The notes below the pieces were generated by a model. The model had not been told where the DNA came from. It was given only the letters and a program-made list of their open reading frames with translations, and did no database searches. From a virus: a stretch of DNA of 64,000 nt. The position numbers and the translations under genes were made by a program. The stretch's first letter is position 1, and the number at the start of each line of letters is the position of its first letter. This document shows, piece by piece, positions 1 through 11,442 of the stretch. The stretch is taken from positions 1 through 64,000 of the IMG/VR virus record IMGVR_UViG_3300030098_004191; one strand, written 5' to 3'.

Positions 1-728
1 ACTGCACTTGCATTAACTCCAGATGGTGATGTAGATATGGCAACAGTAGGAACTTGTGTGTATCCAGATCCATCATTATTAAGGAATATTTCTCTAATAT
101 AACCTGTTGGTTGACTTAAAGATGCTACTGCAGTTGCAGTAGTACCAGAACCAATTAGATTAAGTGTAGTAATAAATCCAGTATCTTGTACCTGTGTATC
201 AATTTCTTCAATATCAGTATCAATAACCTCATCCTCATATTCAAATAGTTCACACTTCAATTCAAAAATATAATTCTTACCTAACTGATAGAAAGGTTGC
301 TCATGCTCTACAAACTTAACTTCAAATAACCTACCTCCTAATGGAAAATATATAAGATCTCCTTCACGAGGTCTTGTATCAACATTAATTTCCTCATCTG
401 GTAATGCAGTAAGAAATGCTGCGATAAAATCTTCAAATCTCTCTTTGGATATTGAGACTACTAATTCATCCCGTAGACTCATTCCAAATTTTGTAAGAAT
501 ATCTCCTTGTCCACCATATCCTTCAAAAGTATTTACATATGCTTCTATTGTGAAATTATCATCAAATTTAGATGCATTCACTTCTTCTATTATAGTTTTT
601 CTATTAACATATTTTCTTGGAATATAAGTTACTTCAACTCCATAAATTTGAAGTTGTTCGTTAATTAGATCTTGAACAAGACGTTGTTCCTGATCGGAGC
701 CTTGGAGAAAAAATGGATTTAATGCCAT
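1..728 (-). CDS. gp14: T4-like neck protein gp14 (3' end runs out of window)
   Basis: Hand-translated from ATG at 728: MALNPFFLQGSDQEQRLVQDLINEQLQIYGVEVTYIPR...RPREGDLIYFP...FEVKFVEHEQPFYQLGK; immediately downstream of gp13. Confidence 0.92.
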   Translation of the reverse strand, partial: MALNPFFLQGSDQEQRLVQDLINEQLQIYGVEVTYIPRKYVNRKTIIEEVNASKFDDNFTIEAYVNTFEGYGGQGDILTKFGMSLRDELVVSISKERFEDFIAAFLTALPDEEINVDTRPREGDLIYFPLGGRLFEVKFVEHEQPFYQLGKNYIFELKCELFEYEDEVIDTDIEEIDTQVQDTGFITTLNLIGSGTTATAVASLSQPTGYIREIFLNNDGSGYTQVPTVAISTSPSGVNASA

Positions 729-734
729 GACTCA

Positions 735-1613
735 CTAACCTATAAAATCATAAGGAGGTAATTCAAACTCTTCTTTCATTCTTTGTCTGAGTTCTTCTAT
801 TTCTTTTACTCCATCATCATAAATTTCTCTACCATTAAGTTCGACTCCACCTGCTAGTTTTGTTCCTCTAAATTTCAATAAATTTTGACCCCATTGTTTT
901 TTAATCAATGCAGTAACATACTGTTTTAGGAAAAGATCATTAAACATATTTTCATATACATGTGGATTTATTGCCCTATAACAATCAAGAATTAACCAAT
1001 TACCATCACTTTCAGATCCCCAATCAATATCCAGATATAATCTATTTTGCCTTTTATTGAATCTTATTTGCTTATCTGTAGTTAATAACATATCAATATC
1101 TTCAAGATATGTTTTTGTCATAGCATATTGCATCAATTCCACTGAATTGAAATAATATAGATCATTTAAGAATAATTGATATTTAATACTAAACATTCCA
1201 CCAGAAATAGAACTAGTATCAAATTTAAATATCTTTTCTACACCAAGAACTTCTTCTGGAACTTGTAAGAAATTAGAAGTTTCATACCAATTAGAAGTTG
1301 TAGTTCCATAACCAGCTATAGATGTGGATATACCAGAGGTATTAACAATACCATGACCAGTACCTGTACCACCCATTGTGGTTGTAGTTGTACCGTGTGC
1401 TTTTCCTCTATTAATATCTTCTTCAGAAATTCTATACTTAAGATACATTCTTTCAACACCATCAAAATGACGTTCATTGAAATATTGAATACCATCATCA
1501 ATAGCATCTTCTACCTGCTCATCAGCAACATTAATCTCTAATACTGGAGCACCTAATCTTCTAAGGCAATATTCTTTTAGGCCACCCCTGTTACTTACAC
1601 TATGTCCTACCAT
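735..1613 (-). CDS. gp13: T4-like neck protein gp13
   Basis: LKEYCLRRLGAPVLEINV...IKKQWGQNLLKF..GGVELNG motifs typical of gp13; synteny with gp14. Confidence 0.95.
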   Translation of the reverse strand: MVGHSVSNRGGLKEYCLRRLGAPVLEINVADEQVEDAIDDGIQYFNERHFDGVERMYLKYRISEEDINRGKAHGTTTTTMGGTGTGHGIVNTSGISTSIAGYGTTTSNWYETSNFLQVPEEVLGVEKIFKFDTSSISGGMFSIKYQLFLNDLYYFNSVELMQYAMTKTYLEDIDMLLTTDKQIRFNKRQNRLYLDIDWGSESDGNWLILDCYRAINPHVYENMFNDLFLKQYVTALIKKQWGQNLLKFRGTKLAGGVELNGREIYDDGVKEIEELRQRMKEEFELPPYDFIG

Positions 1614-1628
1614 TACTCTGCCTCGATT

Positions 1629-1856
1629 TTAGTTACTGGTTTCGCCATCTTCTTCGATATCTGCTAATAGATTGTCGTATTTTTCTTGCAATTCTGCTAA
1701 ATTAGCAAGAAGTTCTTTCTTTTCATCTAAAAAATCTTGTGTAACAGTATGTAATTTTGCTTCAAGTAATACATTTTGATTTGAAATTTGTGAAAGTTTT
1801 TGATTATAAAGTTTAATCAAAACATTCACATCAACGTCAGTTTGATTATTTGTCAT
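1629..1856 (-). CDS. Small coiled-coil hypothetical protein (cyanophage type)
   Basis: 75-aa ORF tightly packed in the late operon; heptad-like pattern. Confidence 0.75.
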   Translation of the reverse strand: MTNNQTDVDVNVLIKLYNQKLSQISNQNVLLEAKLHTVTQDFLDEKKELLANLAELQEKYDNLLADIEEDGETSN

Positions 1857-1862
1857 AATTTA

Positions 1863-3473
1863 TTAGAAAGTTCCTCCATCGAGAGTAGTTGTCCAAGTTG
1901 GTGTTCCAGCTGCATTAGTAGTTAGAACATAATTTGAGGTGCTAATACCAGCAGCAGGTGCTACTGTTGAATTTTGCAATCCATTAGCATCAAAGTATAC
2001 CACACCACTAGTGGCATAATCACCAGATTGATAGTAAATACCTTTAATATCTAGGAAACCTTTTGTTCCACTAACTACACTAGCATTGATAGTTGCATCA
2101 GGAATAAATGTCCATTTTTGTGTAGAATCATCATATCCAAAGAAACCACTCTTACTATTACCTACACCAGAACTGGTATTGTAATCAAATGAAATACCAC
2201 GATCAGTGTTAGTGTCATAAGCATGAGTAACAGTTACTTGAGTAGTAGTAACTATACCTGCAGTAGTTGTTCCGTTAATAAAGACTGTACCAATTCCTGA
2301 TCCACTAGCTGGTGGAATATATGAATGAACAGTTGTTGTACCTGCACCAGGTAATCCTGTAGCAGTAAGAGTATCATTAGTATTAATACCTACAACAGAA
2401 TCAAGTACAATTGTTGAAGTACCAGAACCAACTGCTGTCATAACAGTTCTCTTACTGGTTACATCACCAACCTTCATTATAGCATCATTAATTGTTACAT
2501 TAGTGGAATTAACAGATGTGGTTGTACCATCTACCTGTAAGTCACCTTTAACAATTACTGTACCTTCATTACTTAACCCATCTGGATATGGGTCAATGTA
2601 CATTATATTACCACCACCAGATTTGGTATGAATAACATTGGATGAAATACCAATATTATCAATTCTCACTCCACCAGTAAAGGTAGAGAATCCAGTAACA
2701 TTTACAAAATTAAATGTAGAAATACCAGTTACTTTTGCATTTCTTGCAGTGAATTCATCAAATACTAGATCATCTAGTACATATAAGTCACCACCAACAT
2801 ATAAGTCACCACCAGTAGTTGTTATACCACCACCAGATGATAATGTTGTAATACCAACAGTATGGGTCATTCCACCCACATTGAGGTTCTTCTCTATACC
2901 AACACCACCCTCAGTAATAACTGATCCTGTATCTTTACTGGTAGATTGTGTAACAATATTAAATCTAACGTCAGCACCAGTAAATGTTAATTGATCTGTA
3001 CCATTTTCATCATATTCTATCTTAGAATCTGCAGCAGCAGCTCCATCTGCACCACCACCAAATCCGATGAAAGTGTCATCAGGAATCATTACCTCACCCG
3101 ATCCATTCGGATTAAAGATAATATCACCATCAGTATTACTTGATGATAATGTATTTGAATCTAACGTTAAATTATCTACGTTCCATTGATCAACTTTTCT
3201 GTTCTGGTCAAGAATTGCAACAAATCCATTAGCAGCAGTCGTTGGGTTTGTTTGACCTGCGACTAAACCTGGTCCAGTACTTAATAAATCTGTGAAATAT
3301 CTACCACCAATTACATCAACATCTCCACCTAGACCACCCTGATCTCCAACAAATAATCTATATCCTTTATCACCGTGGGTTCCTACACCATCTGTATACG
3401 CTAATTCACCAAAATTCAGAGCAGAAGGAGCAGCCGTTCCTGTAGATCGCTTTACCCTTATAATACTTGCCAT
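1863..3473 (-). CDS. Fibre-like virion structural protein
   Basis: MASIIRVKRSTGTAAP..GELAY N-terminus, G/T/V-rich beta repeats (GGVGIEKNLNVGG), C-terminal LDGGTF. Confidence 0.8.
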   Translation of the reverse strand: MASIIRVKRSTGTAAPSALNFGELAYTDGVGTHGDKGYRLFVGDQGGLGGDVDVIGGRYFTDLLSTGPGLVAGQTNPTTAANGFVAILDQNRKVDQWNVDNLTLDSNTLSSSNTDGDIIFNPNGSGEVMIPDDTFIGFGGGADGAAAADSKIEYDENGTDQLTFTGADVRFNIVTQSTSKDTGSVITEGGVGIEKNLNVGGMTHTVGITTLSSGGGITTTGGDLYVGGDLYVLDDLVFDEFTARNAKVTGISTFNFVNVTGFSTFTGGVRIDNIGISSNVIHTKSGGGNIMYIDPYPDGLSNEGTVIVKGDLQVDGTTTSVNSTNVTINDAIMKVGDVTSKRTVMTAVGSGTSTIVLDSVVGINTNDTLTATGLPGAGTTTVHSYIPPASGSGIGTVFINGTTTAGIVTTTQVTVTHAYDTNTDRGISFDYNTSSGVGNSKSGFFGYDDSTQKWTFIPDATINASVVSGTKGFLDIKGIYYQSGDYATSGVVYFDANGLQNSTVAPAAGISTSNYVLTTNAAGTPTWTTTLDGGTF

Positions 3474-3475
3474 GA

Positions 3476-3703
3476 CTAGAAACTACCTCCGTTAATGTCT
3501 AAATTTTGAGTTGCTCCTGGAGTTAATTCTAATGTTGCATCCCACTTTCCAGTTGTTCCATTATATACAAGAACCATGCCATTCGTAGCTCCAGCCGCAT
3601 TAACATCAGATAAACCACCTAATGTCATTGATTGACTTCCTGCAATAGAAGAAACAACCTTTACAGCATTTTGCTGACCGACTCTAACTTTAATATCTGG
3701 CAT
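3476..3703 (-). CDS. Small structural protein
   Basis: LSDV..NGMVLVYN..TGKW fibre-type motif; ends INGGSF like the neighbouring protein. Confidence 0.7.
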   Translation of the reverse strand: MPDIKVRVGQQNAVKVVSSIAGSQSMTLGGLSDVNAAGATNGMVLVYNGTTGKWDATLELTPGATQNLDINGGSF

Positions 3704-4044
3704 TATTGTGTCACTCCTTTCCTAACAAGAACAGACCCTTCTACCACACTAGTTGTCGTATTACTACTATCAGTTATTAATACATTATAAACATGTCTCC
3801 CTGGAGATAAATCTGCAGTTTGAGAAGTAGTAAGTCCTACAGTTACTGTCCCATCATTAACATTTAATACGGCAGCATTCAAATCAGTAAAAGTTGGTGC
3901 TGCTGGATGCTTTCTCATCTGTGATCTAACTGTATATCCAGTCAGATTTAAAGCGGAATTTGAACCACTATCTTCTAATGTGAATGTTTGTGAAAACGTA
4001 GCACCAGTGTTTATAACAAGGTTACTAACATAAACAGCTGCCAT
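3703..4044 (-). CDS. Virion structural protein (BppU-like beta-sandwich)
   Basis: NLVINTGATFSQTF..LNLTGY..QMRK..G.HVY.V pattern; late promoter upstream. Confidence 0.7.
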   Translation of the reverse strand: MAAVYVSNLVINTGATFSQTFTLEDSGSNSALNLTGYTVRSQMRKHPAAPTFTDLNAAVLNVNDGTVTVGLTTSQTADLSPGRHVYNVLITDSSNTTTSVVEGSVLVRKGVTQ

Positions 4045-4070
4045 TTAATATAAAATCTGGATCTAAAGTA

Positions 4071-4078
4071 TATTTATA
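4071..4078 (-). promoter_or_regulatory. T4-type late promoter TATAAATA
   Basis: Exact TATAAATA on the minus strand about 27 nt upstream of the ATG at 4044. Confidence 0.85.
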
Positions 4079-4081
4079 CTC

Positions 4082-4285
4082 CTAACATCCTTTATCCCTA
4101 ACAATCTCTTTTAACAATCCTTTAATCTCAGCAATGTCTGATTTTATCTCTTCAATTTCATCCCTTTCGGTTCTTTTTTTAGATTTAGTCTTTATGTATT
4201 GAGAATATCCAATAGAATCTGTGCTAATAATAGCTCCAGATTCTTCATCTCTATATAAATTTTTATGATCTTTTACAGGGATCAT
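4082..4285 (-). CDS. Conserved T4-like hypothetical protein
   Basis: IPVKDHKNLYRDEESGAII motif plus C-terminal coiled coil; ATGA overlap with the upstream gene. Confidence 0.75.
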   Translation of the reverse strand: MIPVKDHKNLYRDEESGAIISTDSIGYSQYIKTKSKKRTERDEIEEIKSDIAEIKGLLKEIVRDKGC

Positions 4286-7200
4286 GCTAAAGCAAGAACT
4301 CTTAGATCTTGTAATTTAGGTGGATTTGCTTCATCACTTCCACTAAACACAATCTTTATTCTAAATCCAGTAAATTCATCAAGTTCATCAACACTAAATT
4401 GATACTCATTAAATTCACCATCTCTACTTGCCCCTACAAAAGCATCTGGTAATCCACTATTACGTGTTACATCGATGATTTCATCACCAAATCCATCACC
4501 ATCAGTATCTCTTAGATTATCATATCCAGGGAATAACTCATAACCTTGTTCGACTCCACCAGAATCCGTTCTAAGCAATTGATATAAAACCCTAAAGTCA
4601 GAACTATCCTTTCTATGAGCACCAACTAAAACCTTCAATGATGTTGCAGGTTGTTTTAATTCAATCATCTTAGAAATATAACAAGCAGCATGAGGATCAC
4701 CAGTAATCTGATTAGATCTAGGATCTGATGCATAATCATCAACAGGTTTGTTGAGTTTGCTTCTTTCTAAGATAAAGGATATACCTTGCTTAGTATCTAA
4801 CACTGGAGATGTTTGATTGTTACTTGAAGTAAATCTAATTGAAGCCGTTACAGATCTATTCTTAGGTAAAGCAGATAATCTAGTATTTTCATTAATTTGA
4901 GAACAAAGTAATCGTGTAGATGATAATCTATTGTATTCATTAATTTCTACATTCTCATACCCCTGATCCCTGAATGATATTTCAGATCCACCAGCACTTG
5001 TACCAGAAACTGTTCTTAATTGAGCATTAACCGTTGTACCTTCACCAGGTGTAATAATATTAAATGATGGGATAATACCATTGAATTGTAAATTTTGTGA
5101 TGCAAATATATTATTTCCACCAACAGATCTTTCATCAGTAAATGATAGTAATCCATCACCCTGAGTCATAGAATTTGCCACATTACCATTTTGTGATCCA
5201 CGATCAATTTCTAGATAATATTTGTCAATATCACTAGCATTACTTAAAGTCGCATTACTAGGTAAATTATGATCAGTATTAATACCTGTCAATGAAATAC
5301 CATTTAATTCATACTTCTTAGAAACAGCACCAATAACATGTTGTCTTGGAAGAGTTCCTTCACAACCTCTTGTTGCAATACCTAATACTCCATTTCCAAT
5401 ACTGTTATAGAACATAATTTCACTTTCAACTCTAACATATCCAGAAGTTGCAGCTTCTCCATTCCATGTTGAGAATGAGGTAGTATCTGCAAATCCTATA
5501 TTACCTGTTTCACTAATACTAATTGGAGTTGTTGTAAGAATAGGAGGACCATTTGGTTCAATATCAGCCAGAGTAACTAAGTTATTATCTGCTTCCATAC
5601 CATGATTGTATTGAGTAACCTCAATAACATTACCATTATACAGATCACTTACTACACTAGAAGATGTAATATCAGTATTTGCAGCACCAACTGCAGTTCC
5701 TGCATCGTTAAACCAGACTAGATCTTTACCAGTTGTAAATTCTTCACCTTGAACATTCGTCAAGTATAGTGTATCAATCTTACTAGTACCACTAACTGTT
5801 ATAACACATCCAGCACCTTTTTGAACATTAGAAGTTTGAATTCCAATAGTATCACCAGCCACATATCCACTACCTTCGGTTGTAGTTAAAGTAACACCAG
5901 TAATAACACCACCAGTTATACCAGTAACATTAACTAAAGCACCAGATCCACTACCAGTAATAGCATAGGTAGGAACATTATTGGCAGTAGCACCATATCC
6001 TTTACCACCATTGGCAATAGATATACTATTAGCTGGTCCACCAGTTTTCTCAATATAACCATAGATTCCTGCTCCATTATCTTCACTAACTTTTCTACCA
6101 ACATTAAGTTGTGCTTGCATATCACCACTAGTAACTGGAGTAATTCCAACTTTTAATTTTCTTGGTAAAGTTTTAATTGTATTTGGAAGCAATCTTGGTA
6201 TTACATTATTTCTCTTTCCAAGTGATGGATTGTAGAAATAAGCATTACCTGCATTTGAAGTAAACTCTGCCTTATAAAGTTTAAACTTCATATCTTCAAA
6301 CTGACTTGGAGACCAAATAGTACCATTTTGAGACTTAAATAAACTTCCTCCCAAGTACTGACGTGTAACCATAACACTCTCAGCATCTGGTAAGGTTGTT
6401 GTATTAACTGTTCTTTCACCCATCTTAGCAATCCAAGATTCATAAAGATCAGAAGTTGGTGCAAGAAGTACCAACGCATACTCAGTATCTGGCTCTAACC
6501 AAATTGGAGATGGGAATTTAACATTAGTTGCAACTGTTCCATCTGTAGATGTATTAATCTGAGATGGTTCAAGTGTAACTGCTGCAAATTCTTGAACTAA
6601 TGTAGCTGTTGGTGTTCCCAATTCTACTGTTCTAAGTTCTACTCTTAATTTCTGTGAGGCATCTTTATTCGCCATGAATATGTCAACAGAAGTCAAGAAA
6701 CATCCAGAATTAACATCGGTAGTAAATGATTGTGCAAGAGGGTCACATCTACGTGGTGGTGGGGGTGGTGGAACAACTCTAACTAAGGTTTGACTGTAAA
6801 TATCAACTATTCCACTTGTACGGTAAGTAGTTTCACCACTACTAATTAAAAGACTTCCTGGTAATGGTTCAGCATTTGATTCACTTGATGTTAATTTAAA
6901 TGATCTAGTACCAGTTCTAAATCTTAAGCTTGGGGGTGGAGTTGCTAATGGATTTCTAAACCAGAATGCTCCAAATAAGTCACCAAATGTATCTGCAACT
7001 AATTTAACATCAGAAATAGTTGCTTGAGCACCACTTGTTGCACCAATTAATACTGTACCTTTTTCAACATATCCAAAATATTTACCTTGTGCCTCTTCTA
7101 CTAATGATGCAACATCTACGTTCACAACTGTAGAAGATGCTGCATATGAAGTAGATAAATCAATTGATGTATTATATGGATTGGCATTAAATGTTGTTGT

Positions 7201-10200
7201 TGGATCTAATGCTGGACCAGTTTTATGATTTGGTTGACATGTTCTAAATGATGCAACAAGTGTTGATCCATTATATGCCTCTATAGTTTCTCCATTACTG
7301 AAAATACCAGTATCCATAGAAACTTCCAGTAACTTAGGTACAATATCAATACCACTGGTTCCATCGAAGAATGGGTAGAATTTAGCAACAGGTCTTAATG
7401 CATTTGCACTAAATGCAACGTTTCTGGAGCGAATGTGAGTATCTGGTTCACTACCAATTTGAACTGTATCAATGTATTCTCCAACAAATCCACCTCTTTC
7501 GCCAGTTACTGTTCTTTCACCACCGTCAACATAAACATTTCTAACCCAAGTATCAGTTGATGGATTTAATTCTATAAATCCAATATATTCAACCATATTA
7601 AATGGGTTTACATTCTCAACTCTAGATGCTAATGGTTGTTCAATCCAACCTTTTTCATCATATTTAAGTGTTATTAAATCTCCAGTTTTTTGTAAATTAG
7701 AATCTAAAAGATTAAGATTTGATGAGAAATCTGCAGTCTCAGTATTAATATCAGGAGATAGTGCTAATTCAGGTTTAACTGTAAAGAAATCTAGAGGAAC
7801 ACGTAATTCCTTATCATCAGTCTTAATATCAACCTTACAGTCATCATTACCAACATCTACAAATGCATTACTCTTAAAGTCATCTACAAAGAAACCAGTC
7901 TTAAATCTAGAAAGACCATCTGCATCTTGTACTTGTAAAGTTTTAGTATCAAGCTCTAAAAGACTTAAAGATGTAGTTATTTCTAAATTCTCAACCCTAT
8001 CTTCAATCTTACCAATATCTCTCATGGTATATCTTCTATTATCCACTAAAACTACTCTAGCATCGTCTGGATCATAGAGATATGCAGGTAATATGATATT
8101 TGCAACATGCATTGAATTATCAATGGTTGCTGGAACTCCTGGTTCCAATGAACCAACTCCTTGAATTATTTCAAACTGACCTCTCTTATCACGAGCAACA
8201 CCATCTTCATCTAATCCTGGTGTAAGAACTAGTTTATCGATTCTTGGTAGATAGTAACTCATTCCAAGAACAGCACCTTCACCTGGAGCAACTACTAATG
8301 TTGGATTAACACCAGCAGTACCAAATAGTCTACTTTGCCATGCAAATGGACTAGAAGTTGCAGTTGATCCCCAATCTTGAACTCTTGGTCTAAAATCAAT
8401 AGTATCAGATGCTCTTAATCCATCTTTTAAATGAGGTATATCTTGGCCAAATCTTTCATCATCATATGATGCAACAGTATAAACATCTCCAGCATCTCCA
8501 GCTGGAACTTGATATTGGTTATAGACTATCAATAATTGGCTAGTAGGAGGGGCAAATGTACTTCTTCTAACTATTCTAGAATAATCATAATACTGCTCTC
8601 TTTGACCTTTATCTAAAGTAAACTTATCAGTAATATTTAAATAACTACCTAATGTTGTATTGATTAAATTAGCAATAATATTAGATTCTTGGAATGTAAC
8701 AGTTTCCCCAATAATAAATTTCTTATCATTCAAATAACCAATTTCTATTTGTGTTGCAGAATCTCTTGATGTTATTTGAGCAACAGCACCACTTGTAGAT
8801 CCAACAACTCTTTCACCAAGAATAGAATTAGTATTTAATCCCAATCCACCAACAAAAATTAACTTGTCTAGAATAGGTACATTACCATCTAAGGATTCAT
8901 ATATGCCAACAATATTTGCAACATCAGGAACATTTAATGATATTTCTTTATCTTGAACTCTAAGCCCATAAAATTTATTTTCAGTTAATCCATTTGAAAC
9001 TGTAGATACGCCAACTATTGTCTTATTTACAGACATTCTTTCACTTCTTACATAAACTTTCTGCTTACTTTGAATAGCATCTTTTCTTATTGTCGTATTA
9101 ACTATAACATCTTTAGATGCTGTACATCCTGTAATAGTTGCTGTTAAACCACCATTAGTTAATGTAAATTGGTCTGATGTTAGATCTTCAATAGTACCAT
9201 CAGCATCATAATGTATAGAATATCTTTCTGCATCAAATGCACTATAAAATGCACTTGATATTCCACTATCAGCTATATTAAATGATAATACTCCAGTACC
9301 ACTAGTAGTTTTACCAGTTATTGCCTTTGTTACTAATAATGTAGAACCTGTAAGATTTACATCAGAAACATCATTAAAACCTAATGGTGCATAGAGTCCA
9401 GAACTCTCATTATTGAGAATAGTAGGAGTCATAACTCTAAGTCCAGTTGGAGATACTGTAGTTGTAGGTAATCCACCATCAGTAACACCTGTGATGGTAC
9501 TAACTCCAGCAACAGTCATTGAAAGACCATCTGCTTCAACAGAAACCACTCTGTTAAATGTTTCTAAACCATTATGAGCAGCATCTTGTATTGGATATGA
9601 AATAATAGAATCACTTCTAATACCTAAGAAATTCCTACCTGGTGCTGTAACTGCACCAGCTGCTGTTATGGAAATTTCATCACCAGCACCAAATCCTTTA
9701 GGAGTTTTTCCTTGTAAAACAGTATCGGCACTAAAATCTTTAGTATAACCACTATATGCTGCTGTAGCTTGATATACAGATTTAATATCTGATACTTCCC
9801 AAACTTTTACTGATACGGTACTTCTAGTAACTGATTCATCGTCATTAATTATTATTTGCTCTCCTTCAATAAAAGTACCAGAAGTTTGTGTTACATTAAT
9901 AGCAGTTCCACCACCACCTGCTCCTACAGAAAATCCAGTTGCACCACTACTTACACCTCTAATATATGAAGTAGCTGGCATTTCTGTATTAGATAATGCT
10001 AAATTTACAGTTAAATATTGATAAGTTTGAATATCAAAAAGATATAAATCCCAAGATGTAGATGCATTAGTATATGCTGCATCAGTTACACCAAAAGAAT
10101 AAACTCTAGCTTTTCCTATTACTGTTGATCCAGTTGGTTTAGCATTAGTAACACCATTCTTTTTCCTATAATTGATTAAATCAATTGTATTAGCATCATT

Positions 10201-11436
10201 ATTAACACCAATAAATGGTGTTCCAAATGCATTATTAACTCTTAATAAATTACCTAAAGTAAAGGAAACATTAGCTCTATCAATAGTTTCCTTATCTCTT
10301 GGTTTTGCAACATCTAGTATACTTGTACCATTTCTATTAACTTCCCATCCCTGAACAAATGCTTTACCTGGTGAAACTTTATAACATAAAAGATCATCAC
10401 TAGGAGTATTACCTTGATCTGTTTTTCTATCTGATGAGAAAGCACCCTCATTAGATATACCATCATTTAATGATTCTGTTGGTTGAATAGTAAATGGTTC
10501 TACTGTATAATGACCAGATTCTTTAAATGTTCTTCTGGCAAATTCTTTACCAAGATATGAATATACCGATTGATTCTGTAATTTTTTAATTACTCCTTCA
10601 TCTATTTTTACTAATTCAATAAATGTTTTATCATCATAATCATTTAATGATTTTTTAATTAAAGTTGTTGATATTTTTAATCTGTCTGCACCTGGTGCTG
10701 CATAGTTAGTAAATCCTCTAGCATTATCAAATAATGATGCATCATCTTTAGCACTAATTAACTCTTCTTGAATGTTTAATCCTATTCTATAAGATGGTAA
10801 ATTCTCATAAGGATCTAAAACAAGAACATCAGCAGCTACATCTACAAAAGTTCCTCTAATAAAATATACACCTTCTCCAATACTTACAGCACTACCAATA
10901 GCACATGCATTATCAGCAACCAAAGTAACTACAGTATCTCCAATATTAATAGGGGTATTTCCATATACAAATGCATTCTGAGTTATAAGAACTTCACCAT
11001 CATCAAGAGTTCTTATAGTATTATCTGGACCAGCATCCAAATAACTAACATAAAGTGTTAAATCTGTAATATCTGTTCCAGATGCAGGTAATGCATATCC
11101 ATTTACAGAAACAATAATACCTGATGTTTGACCTTTTAATCTTACTCCTTTTAATTGCTCTGCATATAATGCTACTGGTATACCTAAATGATCTGTTTCT
11201 ATCTTTACTGAATGATAATCTGTATCAACATTAATATTACCAGGAACCACCATTGATCCCTCTTTAAATACATGACTACCAAAAGATTCAACCTGATTCT
11301 GCAGCATAGACTGCAGGGTAGTTAATTCTCTAGCCTGTACTGGTTGACCTGGCTTAAATAATACCTTGTAAAAATTATTTGCCTTATCGAAATCATCGTA
11401 ATAAGGACTTACATTTAAATTAGTCTTTTGTGGCAT
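4282..11436 (-). CDS. vrlC: Large virion structural protein, VrlC/DUF4815-like
   Basis: 2384 aa; MPQKTNLNVSPYYDDFD..ARELTTLQS N-terminus, RYTMRDIGKIEDRVENLE, GFFVDDF, DPLAQSF motifs; follows gp8. Confidence 0.85.
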   Translation of the reverse strand: MPQKTNLNVSPYYDDFDKANNFYKVLFKPGQPVQARELTTLQSMLQNQVESFGSHVFKEGSMVVPGNINVDTDYHSVKIETDHLGIPVALYAEQLKGVRLKGQTSGIIVSVNGYALPASGTDITDLTLYVSYLDAGPDNTIRTLDDGEVLITQNAFVYGNTPINIGDTVVTLVADNACAIGSAVSIGEGVYFIRGTFVDVAADVLVLDPYENLPSYRIGLNIQEELISAKDDASLFDNARGFTNYAAPGADRLKISTTLIKKSLNDYDDKTFIELVKIDEGVIKKLQNQSVYSYLGKEFARRTFKESGHYTVEPFTIQPTESLNDGISNEGAFSSDRKTDQGNTPSDDLLCYKVSPGKAFVQGWEVNRNGTSILDVAKPRDKETIDRANVSFTLGNLLRVNNAFGTPFIGVNNDANTIDLINYRKKNGVTNAKPTGSTVIGKARVYSFGVTDAAYTNASTSWDLYLFDIQTYQYLTVNLALSNTEMPATSYIRGVSSGATGFSVGAGGGGTAINVTQTSGTFIEGEQIIINDDESVTRSTVSVKVWEVSDIKSVYQATAAYSGYTKDFSADTVLQGKTPKGFGAGDEISITAAGAVTAPGRNFLGIRSDSIISYPIQDAAHNGLETFNRVVSVEADGLSMTVAGVSTITGVTDGGLPTTTVSPTGLRVMTPTILNNESSGLYAPLGFNDVSDVNLTGSTLLVTKAITGKTTSGTGVLSFNIADSGISSAFYSAFDAERYSIHYDADGTIEDLTSDQFTLTNGGLTATITGCTASKDVIVNTTIRKDAIQSKQKVYVRSERMSVNKTIVGVSTVSNGLTENKFYGLRVQDKEISLNVPDVANIVGIYESLDGNVPILDKLIFVGGLGLNTNSILGERVVGSTSGAVAQITSRDSATQIEIGYLNDKKFIIGETVTFQESNIIANLINTTLGSYLNITDKFTLDKGQREQYYDYSRIVRRSTFAPPTSQLLIVYNQYQVPAGDAGDVYTVASYDDERFGQDIPHLKDGLRASDTIDFRPRVQDWGSTATSSPFAWQSRLFGTAGVNPTLVVAPGEGAVLGMSYYLPRIDKLVLTPGLDEDGVARDKRGQFEIIQGVGSLEPGVPATIDNSMHVANIILPAYLYDPDDARVVLVDNRRYTMRDIGKIEDRVENLEITTSLSLLELDTKTLQVQDADGLSRFKTGFFVDDFKSNAFVDVGNDDCKVDIKTDDKELRVPLDFFTVKPELALSPDINTETADFSSNLNLLDSNLQKTGDLITLKYDEKGWIEQPLASRVENVNPFNMVEYIGFIELNPSTDTWVRNVYVDGGERTVTGERGGFVGEYIDTVQIGSEPDTHIRSRNVAFSANALRPVAKFYPFFDGTSGIDIVPKLLEVSMDTGIFSNGETIEAYNGSTLVASFRTCQPNHKTGPALDPTTTFNANPYNTSIDLSTSYAASSTVVNVDVASLVEEAQGKYFGYVEKGTVLIGATSGAQATISDVKLVADTFGDLFGAFWFRNPLATPPPSLRFRTGTRSFKLTSSESNAEPLPGSLLISSGETTYRTSGIVDIYSQTLVRVVPPPPPPRRCDPLAQSFTTDVNSGCFLTSVDIFMANKDASQKLRVELRTVELGTPTATLVQEFAAVTLEPSQINTSTDGTVATNVKFPSPIWLEPDTEYALVLLAPTSDLYESWIAKMGERTVNTTTLPDAESVMVTRQYLGGSLFKSQNGTIWSPSQFEDMKFKLYKAEFTSNAGNAYFYNPSLGKRNNVIPRLLPNTIKTLPRKLKVGITPVTSGDMQAQLNVGRKVSEDNGAGIYGYIEKTGGPANSISIANGGKGYGATANNVPTYAITGSGSGALVNVTGITGGVITGVTLTTTEGSGYVAGDTIGIQTSNVQKGAGCVITVSGTSKIDTLYLTNVQGEEFTTGKDLVWFNDAGTAVGAANTDITSSSVVSDLYNGNVIEVTQYNHGMEADNNLVTLADIEPNGPPILTTTPISISETGNIGFADTTSFSTWNGEAATSGYVRVESEIMFYNSIGNGVLGIATRGCEGTLPRQHVIGAVSKKYELNGISLTGINTDHNLPSNATLSNASDIDKYYLEIDRGSQNGNVANSMTQGDGLLSFTDERSVGGNNIFASQNLQFNGIIPSFNIITPGEGTTVNAQLRTVSGTSAGGSEISFRDQGYENVEINEYNRLSSTRLLCSQINENTRLSALPKNRSVTASIRFTSSNNQTSPVLDTKQGISFILERSKLNKPVDDYASDPRSNQITGDPHAACYISKMIELKQPATSLKVLVGAHRKDSSDFRVLYQLLRTDSGGVEQGYELFPGYDNLRDTDGDGFGDEIIDVTRNSGLPDAFVGASRDGEFNEYQFSVDELDEFTGFRIKIVFSGSDEANPPKLQDLRVLALA

Positions 11437-11442
11437 TTTTCT

